Position numbers and translations under genes: made by a program
Part shown: positions 16,239-24,537 of the stretch, one piece after another
How positions within the stretch are numbered: the first letter of the stretch is position 1
Layout of the letters: each line of letters begins with the position of its first letter
Notes under the pieces: model-generated
Databases searched by the model: none
What the model saw: only the letters and a program-made list of their open reading frames with translations
Told to the model about the DNA's origin: nothing
Sequence record: PP952733.1
DNA length: 64,000 nucleotides
Reading direction: 5' to 3' (one strand)
Source: Escherichia phage vB_EcoM_H12

Positions 16239-16606
16239 AGTGGCTAGAGGAAGCTTTTAAAAATAATATTGGTGCAATTGTAGTTGGTATTTTTAGTGTT
16301 ATTGGGATGTATACCACCATGCAAGTTTCGGATGGTAAGCAAGAAGTGTCTGTCACAACAAAGTTACAGCAGCTAGATAATTATAGCAAATCTAATTACT
16401 CAGCTATTCGTGATTTACAGTCTGACATGAGACTGATTCAGCTAGGGATGGAGAACCAGAAAGTTCAGTTAGAGAATGTTAAGGGTGAGAACGCAAAACT
16501 TACTAAAACTCTGGACAAATTCTCTGACAGTGTGAACAATCTGGCTCAATCAGTATCAGCCTTGCAAGCTATTACTGAAAAGAACACAAAGAATACTGAA
16601 AAATAA
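16235..16606 (+). CDS. membrane-anchored coiled-coil protein (XhlA-like)
   Basis: N-terminal TM segment (IGAIVVGIFSVIGMY) then heptad-like Q/L/N-rich region. Confidence 0.3.
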   Translation: MKWLEEAFKNNIGAIVVGIFSVIGMYTTMQVSDGKQEVSVTTKLQQLDNYSKSNYSAIRDLQSDMRLIQLGMENQKVQLENVKGENAKLTKTLDKFSDSVNNLAQSVSALQAITEKNTKNTEK

Positions 16607-16612
16607 AATTTA

Positions 16613-16641
16613 AGGCTCCTTTTTACGGGAGCCTTTTTGTT
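16613..16641. terminator. bidirectional intrinsic terminator between convergent gene blocks
   Basis: GGCTCC-TTTTTACG-GGAGCC flanked by A/T runs on both sides; sits between + block end (16606) and - block end (16642). Confidence 0.6.
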
Positions 16642-17541
16642 TTACTTGCCTACTGACAGAGGTGCTTCAATCTTACCTGCATGTTGGTAGTTATTAATCC
16701 CACCAATAAAATCACTTGCTGTAAGATGTTTTAAGTCACTTAAAGTGTTAAGTGGAATACCAATCTCAAAAGTTGGTGCATGGAACTCTTCATTGTTCAT
16801 CAGTTCATAAACCTGCTTCATATGGTTCTGATAAATCTGAGTATCTCCAAAGACACCTATCAAGTACCGTGGAGTGTATCCAGTCATCTTACAAAGAACT
16901 TCCAGAATAAAACCGTAAGATGCAATATTAAACGGAAGTCCTAAAAAGGTGTCTACTGAACGCTGATACCATTGTAAGTCAACTTCACCCTCGTTAGTGA
17001 TATAAATCTGAAACAGAACATGACAAGGTGCTAAAGCCATCGAGTTTGCTGCAATATCTGCTGCATTCCAAGCATTAACAAGCATGTAACGGTCTGTGAT
17101 ATCACCCTTCATCTTCGTTACTAAGGTCTCTAGTTGGTCTACAACACAACCATTATGACCTTCAAAGTTTCTCCACTGAACCCCATAGATTCTTCCACCT
17201 GCATCCTCTAACCAATCTTGTTCAGAAGAATAATTAGAGCTTAACCAGCGTTTAAAATCATCTGACCAGATAGTCCAGCGTTCCCCATCATTTTCACCCC
17301 AAGTGCGGTAACGGAGTTCACCCAGCTTATTCTCACCGTTCAGGAACCATAAAGCTTCACCGATAACTTGTCGTGTAAACACCTGTTTAGATGTTAAGAG
17401 TGGGAAACCAGTTCGCATATCAAAACGAAACTGAGGTGGAGCAAATGCAGAGATAACATCACCAGTTCGTGTAGTACGCAGTTCACCAACGGATAAAACA
17501 TGGTTCAGGATATTTTTGTAACTTGTATCTGCTTGTGACAT
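16642..17541 (-). CDS. thyA: thymidylate synthase
   Basis: 299 aa; classic ThyA motifs (RTGxxT, ALxPCH catalytic Cys region, GLPFNIASY). Confidence 0.95.
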   Translation of the reverse strand: MSQADTSYKNILNHVLSVGELRTTRTGDVISAFAPPQFRFDMRTGFPLLTSKQVFTRQVIGEALWFLNGENKLGELRYRTWGENDGERWTIWSDDFKRWLSSNYSSEQDWLEDAGGRIYGVQWRNFEGHNGCVVDQLETLVTKMKGDITDRYMLVNAWNAADIAANSMALAPCHVLFQIYITNEGEVDLQWYQRSVDTFLGLPFNIASYGFILEVLCKMTGYTPRYLIGVFGDTQIYQNHMKQVYELMNNEEFHAPTFEIGIPLNTLSDLKHLTASDFIGGINNYQHAGKIEAPLSVGK

Positions 17542-17542
17542 A

Positions 17543-18088
17543 TCAAAAGTGTCCTTTTACTTGTGGTGTATAGATATCAAAAGTTGCTTTTCCATCTGCT
17601 GATGGTCTTGACTGAATCTTAGCGAAAATTTTACGGTCATGCAACTTGTCAAAGAAGTTCTCAAAAGGTAGATATACAGTTGCCTCTTCATTAACTTCAT
17701 GGAAAACTGTATGGAACACTACATCAGCATACGGTAAAGCACTGACAAGGATACCTGAACCACCAATTACGAAAACATCTTCTTCAATATTACTGTCAAG
17801 ATACTTTAAAAATGCTCCAAAAGAGTCTTGATGAGCTTTAGCAAACATAACATCATCTTTACTAAAATCTATACCGTAATAAGGCACAGAGTTTGTCAAG
17901 ATAAGGTTTTCACGTTCAGGTAAAGGGTTACTTCCCAGAGTCTTGAAAGTCTCATTACCCATTACTACTAAGTTGTCTTTAGTGAGTCTCTTAAACTCTT
18001 GCATATCCTCTTTATGTCGAGGCCACGGCATACCAGTTGGAGTACCAAACTCACCATTTTCACCACTTGCAAAGATTAATTTAATCAT
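17543..18088 (-). CDS. folA: dihydrofolate reductase
   Basis: 181 aa; GMPW motif, VVMGNETFKTLG and VIGGSG NADPH-binding motifs; adjacent to thyA. Confidence 0.85.
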   Translation of the reverse strand: MIKLIFASGENGEFGTPTGMPWPRHKEDMQEFKRLTKDNLVVMGNETFKTLGSNPLPERENLILTNSVPYYGIDFSKDDVMFAKAHQDSFGAFLKYLDSNIEEDVFVIGGSGILVSALPYADVVFHTVFHEVNEEATVYLPFENFFDKLHDRKIFAKIQSRPSADGKATFDIYTPQVKGHF

Positions 18089-18345
18089 TTTGTAAATCCT
18101 TTCTTAATGAACCAGTTGATAACATTCTTCACAGCTTTATTGCTATGGTAGATTAAGTGTGGCGTAGGCTGGTATGAACCATAAGCCCAGAAAGCAATAA
18201 TTTCACTACACCCTGTACACCTTGTACTCTCTTCAGCAATATGACCGTTGACTATTTCACTTACCTCACCTTGTAAGTCTGTGCATCCACAATGTGGACA
18301 ACGGATAGGTGCTCCGTCAGACTCATAGCAGTGTTCAATTTTCAT
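18085..18345 (-). CDS. small zinc-ribbon protein
   Basis: CPHCGC ... CTGC paired Cys motifs. Confidence 0.4.
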   Translation of the reverse strand: MKIEHCYESDGAPIRCPHCGCTDLQGEVSEIVNGHIAEESTRCTGCSEIIAFWAYGSYQPTPHLIYHSNKAVKNVINWFIKKGFTK

Positions 18346-18861
18346 TTATTTAACCTCAAAAACTGGTTCAAGAACCAATATAAAATCTACACAGTCATCT
18401 TCTTCATCCAGAATACCATCAAAGTTCTTAGGAACGAAGTCGAAGAGGCTCATAACAAAGCAGTCAGAAGTAACCCTAATAGTGCCTCCCATATTCTCTA
18501 CAGTCAACACTGTACGGCTTTCTTTTACCTCTCTCAGAAGATTACTCACAAAGTCATCTAAGAAGTACTTCATCAGTGACTTAAAGCCTTTAGGGTAATC
18601 TGTACCAGAGTATGTTTCAATCTGAGGTACAAGCTTAACATTTATACTGGTCTTTGTTAAGAATGTGCTAGAGAACATGCTATCAGGTAACTTACAAACA
18701 GTCTTTTCAGTACCTTCATGTTCAATCTCAACAAAACCAGCTTCATCGCCACATGTGACTATTTTAAAAGATGCTTCATTATCACCCTGTGAAGCCATAA
18801 ACTTTTTAAGCATCACTTTAAGGAAATCTGCATGAGCATCTTGTAAGTATATATCAATCAT
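18346..18861 (-). CDS. hypothetical protein
   Basis: 171 aa ORF in co-directional operon. Confidence 0.4.
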   Translation of the reverse strand: MIDIYLQDAHADFLKVMLKKFMASQGDNEASFKIVTCGDEAGFVEIEHEGTEKTVCKLPDSMFSSTFLTKTSINVKLVPQIETYSGTDYPKGFKSLMKYFLDDFVSNLLREVKESRTVLTVENMGGTIRVTSDCFVMSLFDFVPKNFDGILDEEDDCVDFILVLEPVFEVK

Positions 18862-18874
18862 AATTCATCACCTA

Positions 18875-19234
18875 TTATGGGAACAGACATTTGATGTCAT
18901 CGTTTTTGAAAACGAAGCTTGTGTAGTTGTGACCGTCAACATCCAGCCAAACAGCCTGAACATCTACACCATCAAGATTGTGGTAAAGCTCTTTGATGAA
19001 GTGGTCTTTCACAATCTGGCTGCTAGTTGTCTCCAGCTTAATGTTTGAGATTGCTGAACCTACAGCCATATAACCCATGACACGTTTCTTCTCAGTATGC
19101 TTAATCTTACCATCTTTGTAAGCCATAATGAGATTGGAAAGAATCTTCACACCATAATACTTTTCAAGGTGAGTAGGTACACCATAAAAGCCTAATGCGA
19201 AATTTTCAGAGTGGATAATGTTTTCACGTTTCAT
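18875..19234 (-). CDS. hypothetical protein
   Basis: 119 aa ORF in operon. Confidence 0.4.
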   Translation of the reverse strand: MKRENIIHSENFALGFYGVPTHLEKYYGVKILSNLIMAYKDGKIKHTEKKRVMGYMAVGSAISNIKLETTSSQIVKDHFIKELYHNLDGVDVQAVWLDVDGHNYTSFVFKNDDIKCLFP

Positions 19235-19235
19235 A

Positions 19236-19565
19236 TTAATCTGCCAGCCTTAAATTAAAATTAACACCAAATTTTTCGCATACTTCCAACATAAACTCAA
19301 GAGAGACATTACCAGTGAGATTGATTATGTTGGATACGCGAGCCTGAGAGATACCACAAATTTTAGCAACTTGCTCTTGAGAAAGACCTCTGGATTTAAT
19401 CTCTCTCTTAAAACGATGTGCAACGAAGTCTCTCATTTCGTCTACATCCATTGGACAAATATAATTCTCCATTTCAGCCTCTCTGTCAGCCTCCCAATCA
19501 TCTTGTGGAGCATAAGGGTCAAAAACCTCATTCATCTTTCTTCTTCCGTTTTCGTGAAGTGTCAA
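19236..19565 (-). CDS. XRE-family helix-turn-helix protein
   Basis: C-terminal LSQEQVAKICGISQARVSNIINL HTH signature; true start may be the internal Met at ~19535. Confidence 0.45.
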   Translation of the reverse strand: MTLHENGRRKMNEVFDPYAPQDDWEADREAEMENYICPMDVDEMRDFVAHRFKREIKSRGLSQEQVAKICGISQARVSNIINLTGNVSLEFMLEVCEKFGVNFNLRLAD

Positions 19566-19740
19566 TCAATGAATCTATGTTTGTAGACCTAACCTTTTCA
19601 CGTTCATCGTTAAGATAATCGTCAAGAATCTTTTCAATCTGTGAATCATCTTGACAGATAACTGTAAAGACTGTAAAGCCGTCTGTATCATCAATTATCT
19701 TACCATAACCGCTTCTGGGATGTAACTTTTTAAGAGCCAT
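19528..19740 (-). CDS. hypothetical small protein upstream of the HTH gene
   Basis: 70 aa, overlaps the HTH ORF start. Confidence 0.3.
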   Translation of the reverse strand: MALKKLHPRSGYGKIIDDTDGFTVFTVICQDDSQIEKILDDYLNDEREKVRSTNIDSLIDTSRKRKKKDE

Positions 19741-19741
19741 A

Positions 19742-20125
19742 TCAAATACCTGTGCAGCTTCTGTTTTCTAAGAAATACTCAACACCATACATAGCTTTTT
19801 GCATCAAATCTTCTTTAAACTGCATGCGATGATTGAGCATAGCCTGTACATCAATATCATCAGGGTGCTTCTCTTTAATGTTTGCAGATTGCAGGAAATA
19901 CTCTGCAAGAACACGATACTGATAGTCAGTTACCTTATCAGTCATCTCTGTTAAAGACTCTTCAGAGATTGGTTTAAGTAGCTCACCATTAGATAGAGCA
20001 ACACCTTTAACAATCTGACAAGTGTCTTCTGGAACACCTGATAAGTCCACATTTGGAAGTTCTGTTGCATTGACTGGTAAATTCATTGCCATAACCATTG
20101 CAGCAGCTAATAAAATCTTTTTCAT
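19742..20125 (-). CDS. secreted / periplasmic protein
   Basis: N-terminal signal peptide MKKILLAAAMVMAMNLPVNA. Confidence 0.45.
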   Translation of the reverse strand: MKKILLAAAMVMAMNLPVNATELPNVDLSGVPEDTCQIVKGVALSNGELLKPISEESLTEMTDKVTDYQYRVLAEYFLQSANIKEKHPDDIDVQAMLNHRMQFKEDLMQKAMYGVEYFLENRSCTGI

Positions 20126-20169
20126 AATGACCTCAAAGTTATATTAAATTTTGTATTACATTGAGTATA

Positions 20170-20198
20170 AAAATAAGCTATAACACCTGACTTGTCAA
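20170..20198 (-). promoter_or_regulatory. sigma70-like promoter for 19742-20125
   Basis: TTGACA on minus strand (plus 20193-20198) with AT-rich -10 candidates 17-25 nt downstream. Confidence 0.4.
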
Positions 20199-20221
20199 CA
20201 GATTTTATAGCTTATTTGGCA

Positions 20222-20360
20222 GATTTTTTATAAGGCTACTGCCATCCTTCCATACCTTACCACACCAAACCACACCATACCGAGCCACACCCTACCAGAC
20301 CCTACCAAACCCGACCGAGCATCACTTAAAAATCCTCTTAGAAGACTCTTAAGTGATGTA
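20222..20360 (-). repeat. structured intergenic element copy A
   Basis: CATCACTTAA ... TTAAGTGATG 10 bp inverted repeat (20320-20358), ~75 nt (GGTNN)n-like tract on minus strand, GGATGGCAGTAGCC box. Confidence 0.6.
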
Positions 20361-20384
20361 ATCGAATTTTAATGTAGCTCCGAT

Positions 20385-20470
20385 TAACTACCCGCACTTT
20401 ACCAAACCTCACCCTACCCTACCAGACCTTACCTAACCGCGCCGTACCTCATTAAAAGACCCTCTTAAAG
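20385..20470 (-). repeat. structured intergenic element, partial copy B
   Basis: Same CA-rich (plus) / GT-rich (minus) periodicity as copies A and C; lacks the perfect 10 bp hairpin. Confidence 0.45.
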
Positions 20471-20477
20471 ACCTTTT

Positions 20478-20506
20478 AAAAAGGAGCCTCCGAAGAGGCT
20501 ACCTAG
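20478..20506 (-). terminator. intrinsic terminator after 20512-20952
   Basis: Minus strand GCCTC-TTCG-GAGGC then TCCTTTTT. Confidence 0.55.
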
Positions 20507-20511
20507 TCAAC

Positions 20512-20952
20512 TTAGAAAGGTTTTCTACGTTGCTTATTAATGTTAGCTTTCATAGCAGCTAAATGGTTTTGCTGTTCAATCAGTCGTGAGCGTTCTTGAT
20601 GGCTAAGTGCCATAGTGTTCACATTCTCAATCGCTTGAGTGGCTTGCTTTAAAGCTCGACCAATCTTGCCAGACATTTTACGTTTTGCAATAGTTGCTTG
20701 ATGCTTAGGTTCAACCACACGATAACCAACACCCATTGAAGCAACCAGATAAATCTTCTCTTCTTTAAGAAGCTTCTCAATAAACTTCTCAAGTCGGTTT
20801 AGACGTGTAAGCGCATAAGCCTTCATTTCATCTTCGTACTTAACAATGTCACCTTGATAAGTTGGCTTCACAATACCTAAGAATGTGTCCATCTCAGAAT
20901 GTGATACAGTGTCACCGTAACTAAACTTTGCTGCTAATGCTTTTGTATTCAT
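20512..20952 (-). CDS. hypothetical protein
   Basis: 146 aa; coupled to 20955-21557; terminator downstream. Confidence 0.45.
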   Translation of the reverse strand: MNTKALAAKFSYGDTVSHSEMDTFLGIVKPTYQGDIVKYEDEMKAYALTRLNRLEKFIEKLLKEEKIYLVASMGVGYRVVEPKHQATIAKRKMSGKIGRALKQATQAIENVNTMALSHQERSRLIEQQNHLAAMKANINKQRRKPF

Positions 20953-20954
20953 AA

Positions 20955-21560
<606 letters not shown>

Positions 21561-21620
21561 TTAGTTGATTGTTAAGTTGTTTGTAAAGAACCCTCAACAG
21601 AAGACTCTTTAGAAACTTGG

Positions 21621-21749
21621 TAGATTTTTAACGTGGCTACTACCATCCACCCAGACTTTACCATACCTCACCAGACCATACCTCACCTGGCCGCGCCTTG
21701 CCTTGCCAAACATCACTTAAAAACCCTTTTAAAAGACTCTTAAGTGATG
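21621..21749 (-). repeat. structured intergenic element copy C
   Basis: Identical CATCACTTAA ... TTAAGTGATG hairpin (21711-21749), GT-rich tract, GGATGGTAGTAGCC box, same orientation as copy A. Confidence 0.6.
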
Positions 21750-21777
21750 CTGGTGAGTACCCGTTGGTTTATGCTGC

Positions 21778-21808
21778 TCAGTATACTCACCAAATTTTCT
21801 ATGTCAAC
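21778..21808 (-). promoter_or_regulatory. sigma70-like promoter upstream of copy C
   Basis: Minus strand TTGACA-N16/17-TATACT; -35 overlaps stop of 21804-21992. Confidence 0.45.
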
Positions 21809-21992
21809 AACTTTCTAATAAAGTTTTATGAAGATTTTGCTTAACAACCCGCCTCACATGTCTGTGCTCTTTCTTAATAAAGAGTGACCTCTTCTTGATA
21901 GAGCGCCTATTCTTGTAAGTGTTGCTAGGGTATTTATCATGAACCGGACAACAACTACCCGGTTTTGCAAACTTGATAATCTCTCTTTTCAC
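21804..21992 (-). CDS. small basic hypothetical protein
   Basis: 62 aa, Lys/Arg-rich; coupled to ligase gene. Confidence 0.3.
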   Translation of the reverse strand: MKREIIKFAKPGSCCPVHDKYPSNTYKNRRSIKKRSLFIKKEHRHVRRVVKQNLHKTLLESC

Positions 21993-23131
21993 TATTCATA
22001 ATCTCGTATAACCAGCCCAACAGGGAACTGTAAAGACCCCTTACGAGTCATCTTCTGGAACTGAACCGTTAAAGGCTTCCCGATAAACTCTTCAGGATGC
22101 TCAGCAAGATACTGTTTCTTCTCATGAGTAGTCTTCCATGAGACATCTACAAAGACGTTAGGAAGAGTCTCTACAACGAACTTGCCATGACCACGTTTAT
22201 CGGTCTTTACACCAGTCACTTTAAACTCTTCAGTGTGCATCTTCTTGTGTTTAATCAAGAAGTATGAACGGTGACAACACTCGTAGAAGGAGTCTTCAGA
22301 GATTGAACGGTACATTGCACCTTCAAACTTAGCTTCAACCCACTTATCATGAGCTTCATCGAACTCTTCCCAAGAATTTACACGACGAGACTTAACAGGG
22401 ACAACTTTACAGCCATCTCTAAAGTCATTCAATGGTGAAGTCTCAATAATATCTCTACGCTCAGGCCACGTCTTAGTACTGTCACAGATATCGTACCAGT
22501 AAAACTTGAGCAAGTGTCTGTCAGGATTGTCTTCATTTTTAATCATAGAGACAATATCTTCTAAGTCCCACCCATGAGCATAAATCTCTCCATCAAATTC
22601 ATCAACATCTTTGTGGAGCCTTAACATTGCCATAATGTCAGGTATTAGTTCAGTAGGGATTTTGTAAACAGTATTTTCACGAGAATATGCTGTGAATACA
22701 CTGCCAATACTTAAGTGCCTTGAAATCCTACAACGGACACCATCAAGTTTCGGTTGAGCATCAGCAGGGAACTTCAGATACTTTGCATGACTAACCTTTG
22801 CAGCATCATGAGCAAGCTGTACACCTACCTTCTCAGTATTCTGTGCAGACTCTTTTGTGTAAGCATAACCTTTGCGGTCAACTTGTTTTTTATACTTAGC
22901 AGCAACTTCAAAGAGAGCTTGCTGTTCAGCGTTACGCTCGTTCTTTTTACCGATGTTTTTAGGTTCTGCTGTATACTCTTCAAACATCATCTTGCCATTT
23001 TCTTTACCGTAGGTTGTAATAACTTTGTCACCTACAGCGACACATGACCAGACGTTAAAAGAGCCATCTTTATTTTGTTTGTATAGAGTTGTCATTTTAT
23101 TCCTCTGAGTGATACCAAGTATTGCAAGCAT
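21992..23131 (-). CDS. ATP-dependent DNA ligase
   Basis: 379 aa; KLDGVRC adenylation motif (KxDG) in N-terminal half. Confidence 0.75.
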   Translation of the reverse strand: MLAILGITQRNKMTTLYKQNKDGSFNVWSCVAVGDKVITTYGKENGKMMFEEYTAEPKNIGKKNERNAEQQALFEVAAKYKKQVDRKGYAYTKESAQNTEKVGVQLAHDAAKVSHAKYLKFPADAQPKLDGVRCRISRHLSIGSVFTAYSRENTVYKIPTELIPDIMAMLRLHKDVDEFDGEIYAHGWDLEDIVSMIKNEDNPDRHLLKFYWYDICDSTKTWPERRDIIETSPLNDFRDGCKVVPVKSRRVNSWEEFDEAHDKWVEAKFEGAMYRSISEDSFYECCHRSYFLIKHKKMHTEEFKVTGVKTDKRGHGKFVVETLPNVFVDVSWKTTHEKKQYLAEHPEEFIGKPLTVQFQKMTRKGSLQFPVGLVIRDYE

Positions 23132-23288
23132 TACATGCGTAAAGCTCTAAGTCATTTTTATCTGGTTTATGAAAACAGTTTGCTCCGCAGTGGCAACGAA
23201 ATGGCTTTCCATCAACTGTAAGGATGAAGGATTGAACCTTTCCATCAGGAGTTCGTACAGCATTTTTATGCTTATCTTCTTTGTTCAT
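23097..23288 (-). CDS. small zinc-finger protein
   Basis: CHCG ... CNACN Cys/His cluster. Confidence 0.35.
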   Translation of the reverse strand: MNKEDKHKNAVRTPDGKVQSFILTVDGKPFRCHCGANCFHKPDKNDLELYACNACNTWYHSEE

Positions 23289-23444
23289 TTTATCTCTTGC
23301 CTTTGTCAGATTTCATATATGACATGTTACTACGCCTTTTAATGAAATGCACAACGCATTTTGGTGTATTTTTTGCATCTTTGATGTGCAACCTTTCGAA
23401 ACTGCGCACTGTGAAGGTTGCATCTGTCATTGTTTGCTTAGGTT

Positions 23445-23750
23445 TCATTTTCTCTTACCACCAATCTCTACGTCGATAACTTGAACATCACCAGCAACAT
23501 CAAACTTATGGATGATGCTTTCCACAGTGTAAGTCCAACCCTCGATGCGAACCAACTCACCTTCTCGTGGGATGATTGGGTTACGTTGAGCTACGGTTGT
23601 AGTGGAGTGAACAACATCATAACAATAGATATAGTTTACTAGGACTTCCATCGTGAAAACCTCACTCAATAACCGTAGTGTGTGATTGACCATTTTTCCC
23701 ATAACTATAAGATGTTGTTGTTTGAGAGTTTGGACATCTGACAACAACAA
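23445..23750 (-). CDS. hypothetical protein (start uncertain)
   Basis: Overlaps 23662-23919 by ~90 nt; an internal Met is more likely the start. Confidence 0.25.
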   Translation of the reverse strand: MLLSDVQTLKQQHLIVMGKMVNHTLRLLSEVFTMEVLVNYIYCYDVVHSTTTVAQRNPIIPREGELVRIEGWTYTVESIIHKFDVAGDVQVIDVEIGGKRK

Positions 23751-23919
23751 TATCTCTGCTTATGGCATCACCATGTAACTTATAGACTTTGCAATCTTGC
23801 ATCTCTGGTGGGAGGCTATAAGAAGCGTTTTTGTCCTCGTAAGAGGGGTTGCAGCCAGATAGAAAAATTACTCCAAGTGCAACCATTGCTTTCACACAAC
23901 TCTTAACCTTATTGTTCAC
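23662..23919 (-). CDS. putative lipoprotein
   Basis: Signal peptide with lipobox LSGC (MVALGVIFLSGC). Confidence 0.45.
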   Translation of the reverse strand: MNNKVKSCVKAMVALGVIFLSGCNPSYEDKNASYSLPPEMQDCKVYKLHGDAISRDIVVVRCPNSQTTTSYSYGKNGQSHTTVIE

Positions 23920-24051
23920 GATAGTCTACCTCTCTGTATGTTTTTAAATAGTGAGTAATGAGTTCTGGTAATTCACTACGTTTAACGTTTGAACGAAGAA
24001 GTGTCCAGTCAAAACCTTTACCAACCCTTCCCCAGAGACTGTACATTTTCT

Positions 24052-24285
24052 TCATAGCAACTCCAGAATATCAATACGTTCACCTTTAAGTACTCCAGTA
24101 CGGTCTTTTGCAATCTTACCGTCAACGATAAGGATGTGTGTAGACCTTAAAGCGTCGTTGTTAAAGGTTTTTACGAACTTACTAGGCATGACTACAATGG
24201 ACATCTCCTGAATTAACTCTGGAGTGTAGCAGTTATCATGAAGTTGCTGAATAACGTCTGCAAGTGTCATTTTTGATGTCTCCAA
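24052..24285 (-). CDS. hypothetical protein
   Basis: 77 aa ORF in operon with polymerase. Confidence 0.35.
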   Translation of the reverse strand: METSKMTLADVIQQLHDNCYTPELIQEMSIVVMPSKFVKTFNNDALRSTHILIVDGKIAKDRTGVLKGERIDILELL

Positions 24286-24476
24286 TATTCAATATCTACA
24301 AGTTCTTGTGCAATGCTTTTCAGATTACCTTTCAAGAAAACCTTCTCAGAACCTGAAAGAGATGAATTGTCAATCAACCTGTTTATTCTCTCAAACAACT
24401 TCTGCTTACGATTCTTGATAGTTTCCTTTGAAGCACCTTTCATCATTGCTGCATGGGTTCTTCCACGGTGGCTCAT
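24267..24476 (-). CDS. hypothetical protein
   Basis: 69 aa basic ORF. Confidence 0.35.
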   Translation of the reverse strand: MSHRGRTHAAMMKGASKETIKNRKQKLFERINRLIDNSSLSGSEKVFLKGNLKSIAQELVDIEYWRHQK

Positions 24477-24537
24477 AATCGCTCCTATATAAGATATTGT
24501 ATAAGGTACTCTTCCATGAGCACCTTGTCAATACTAA

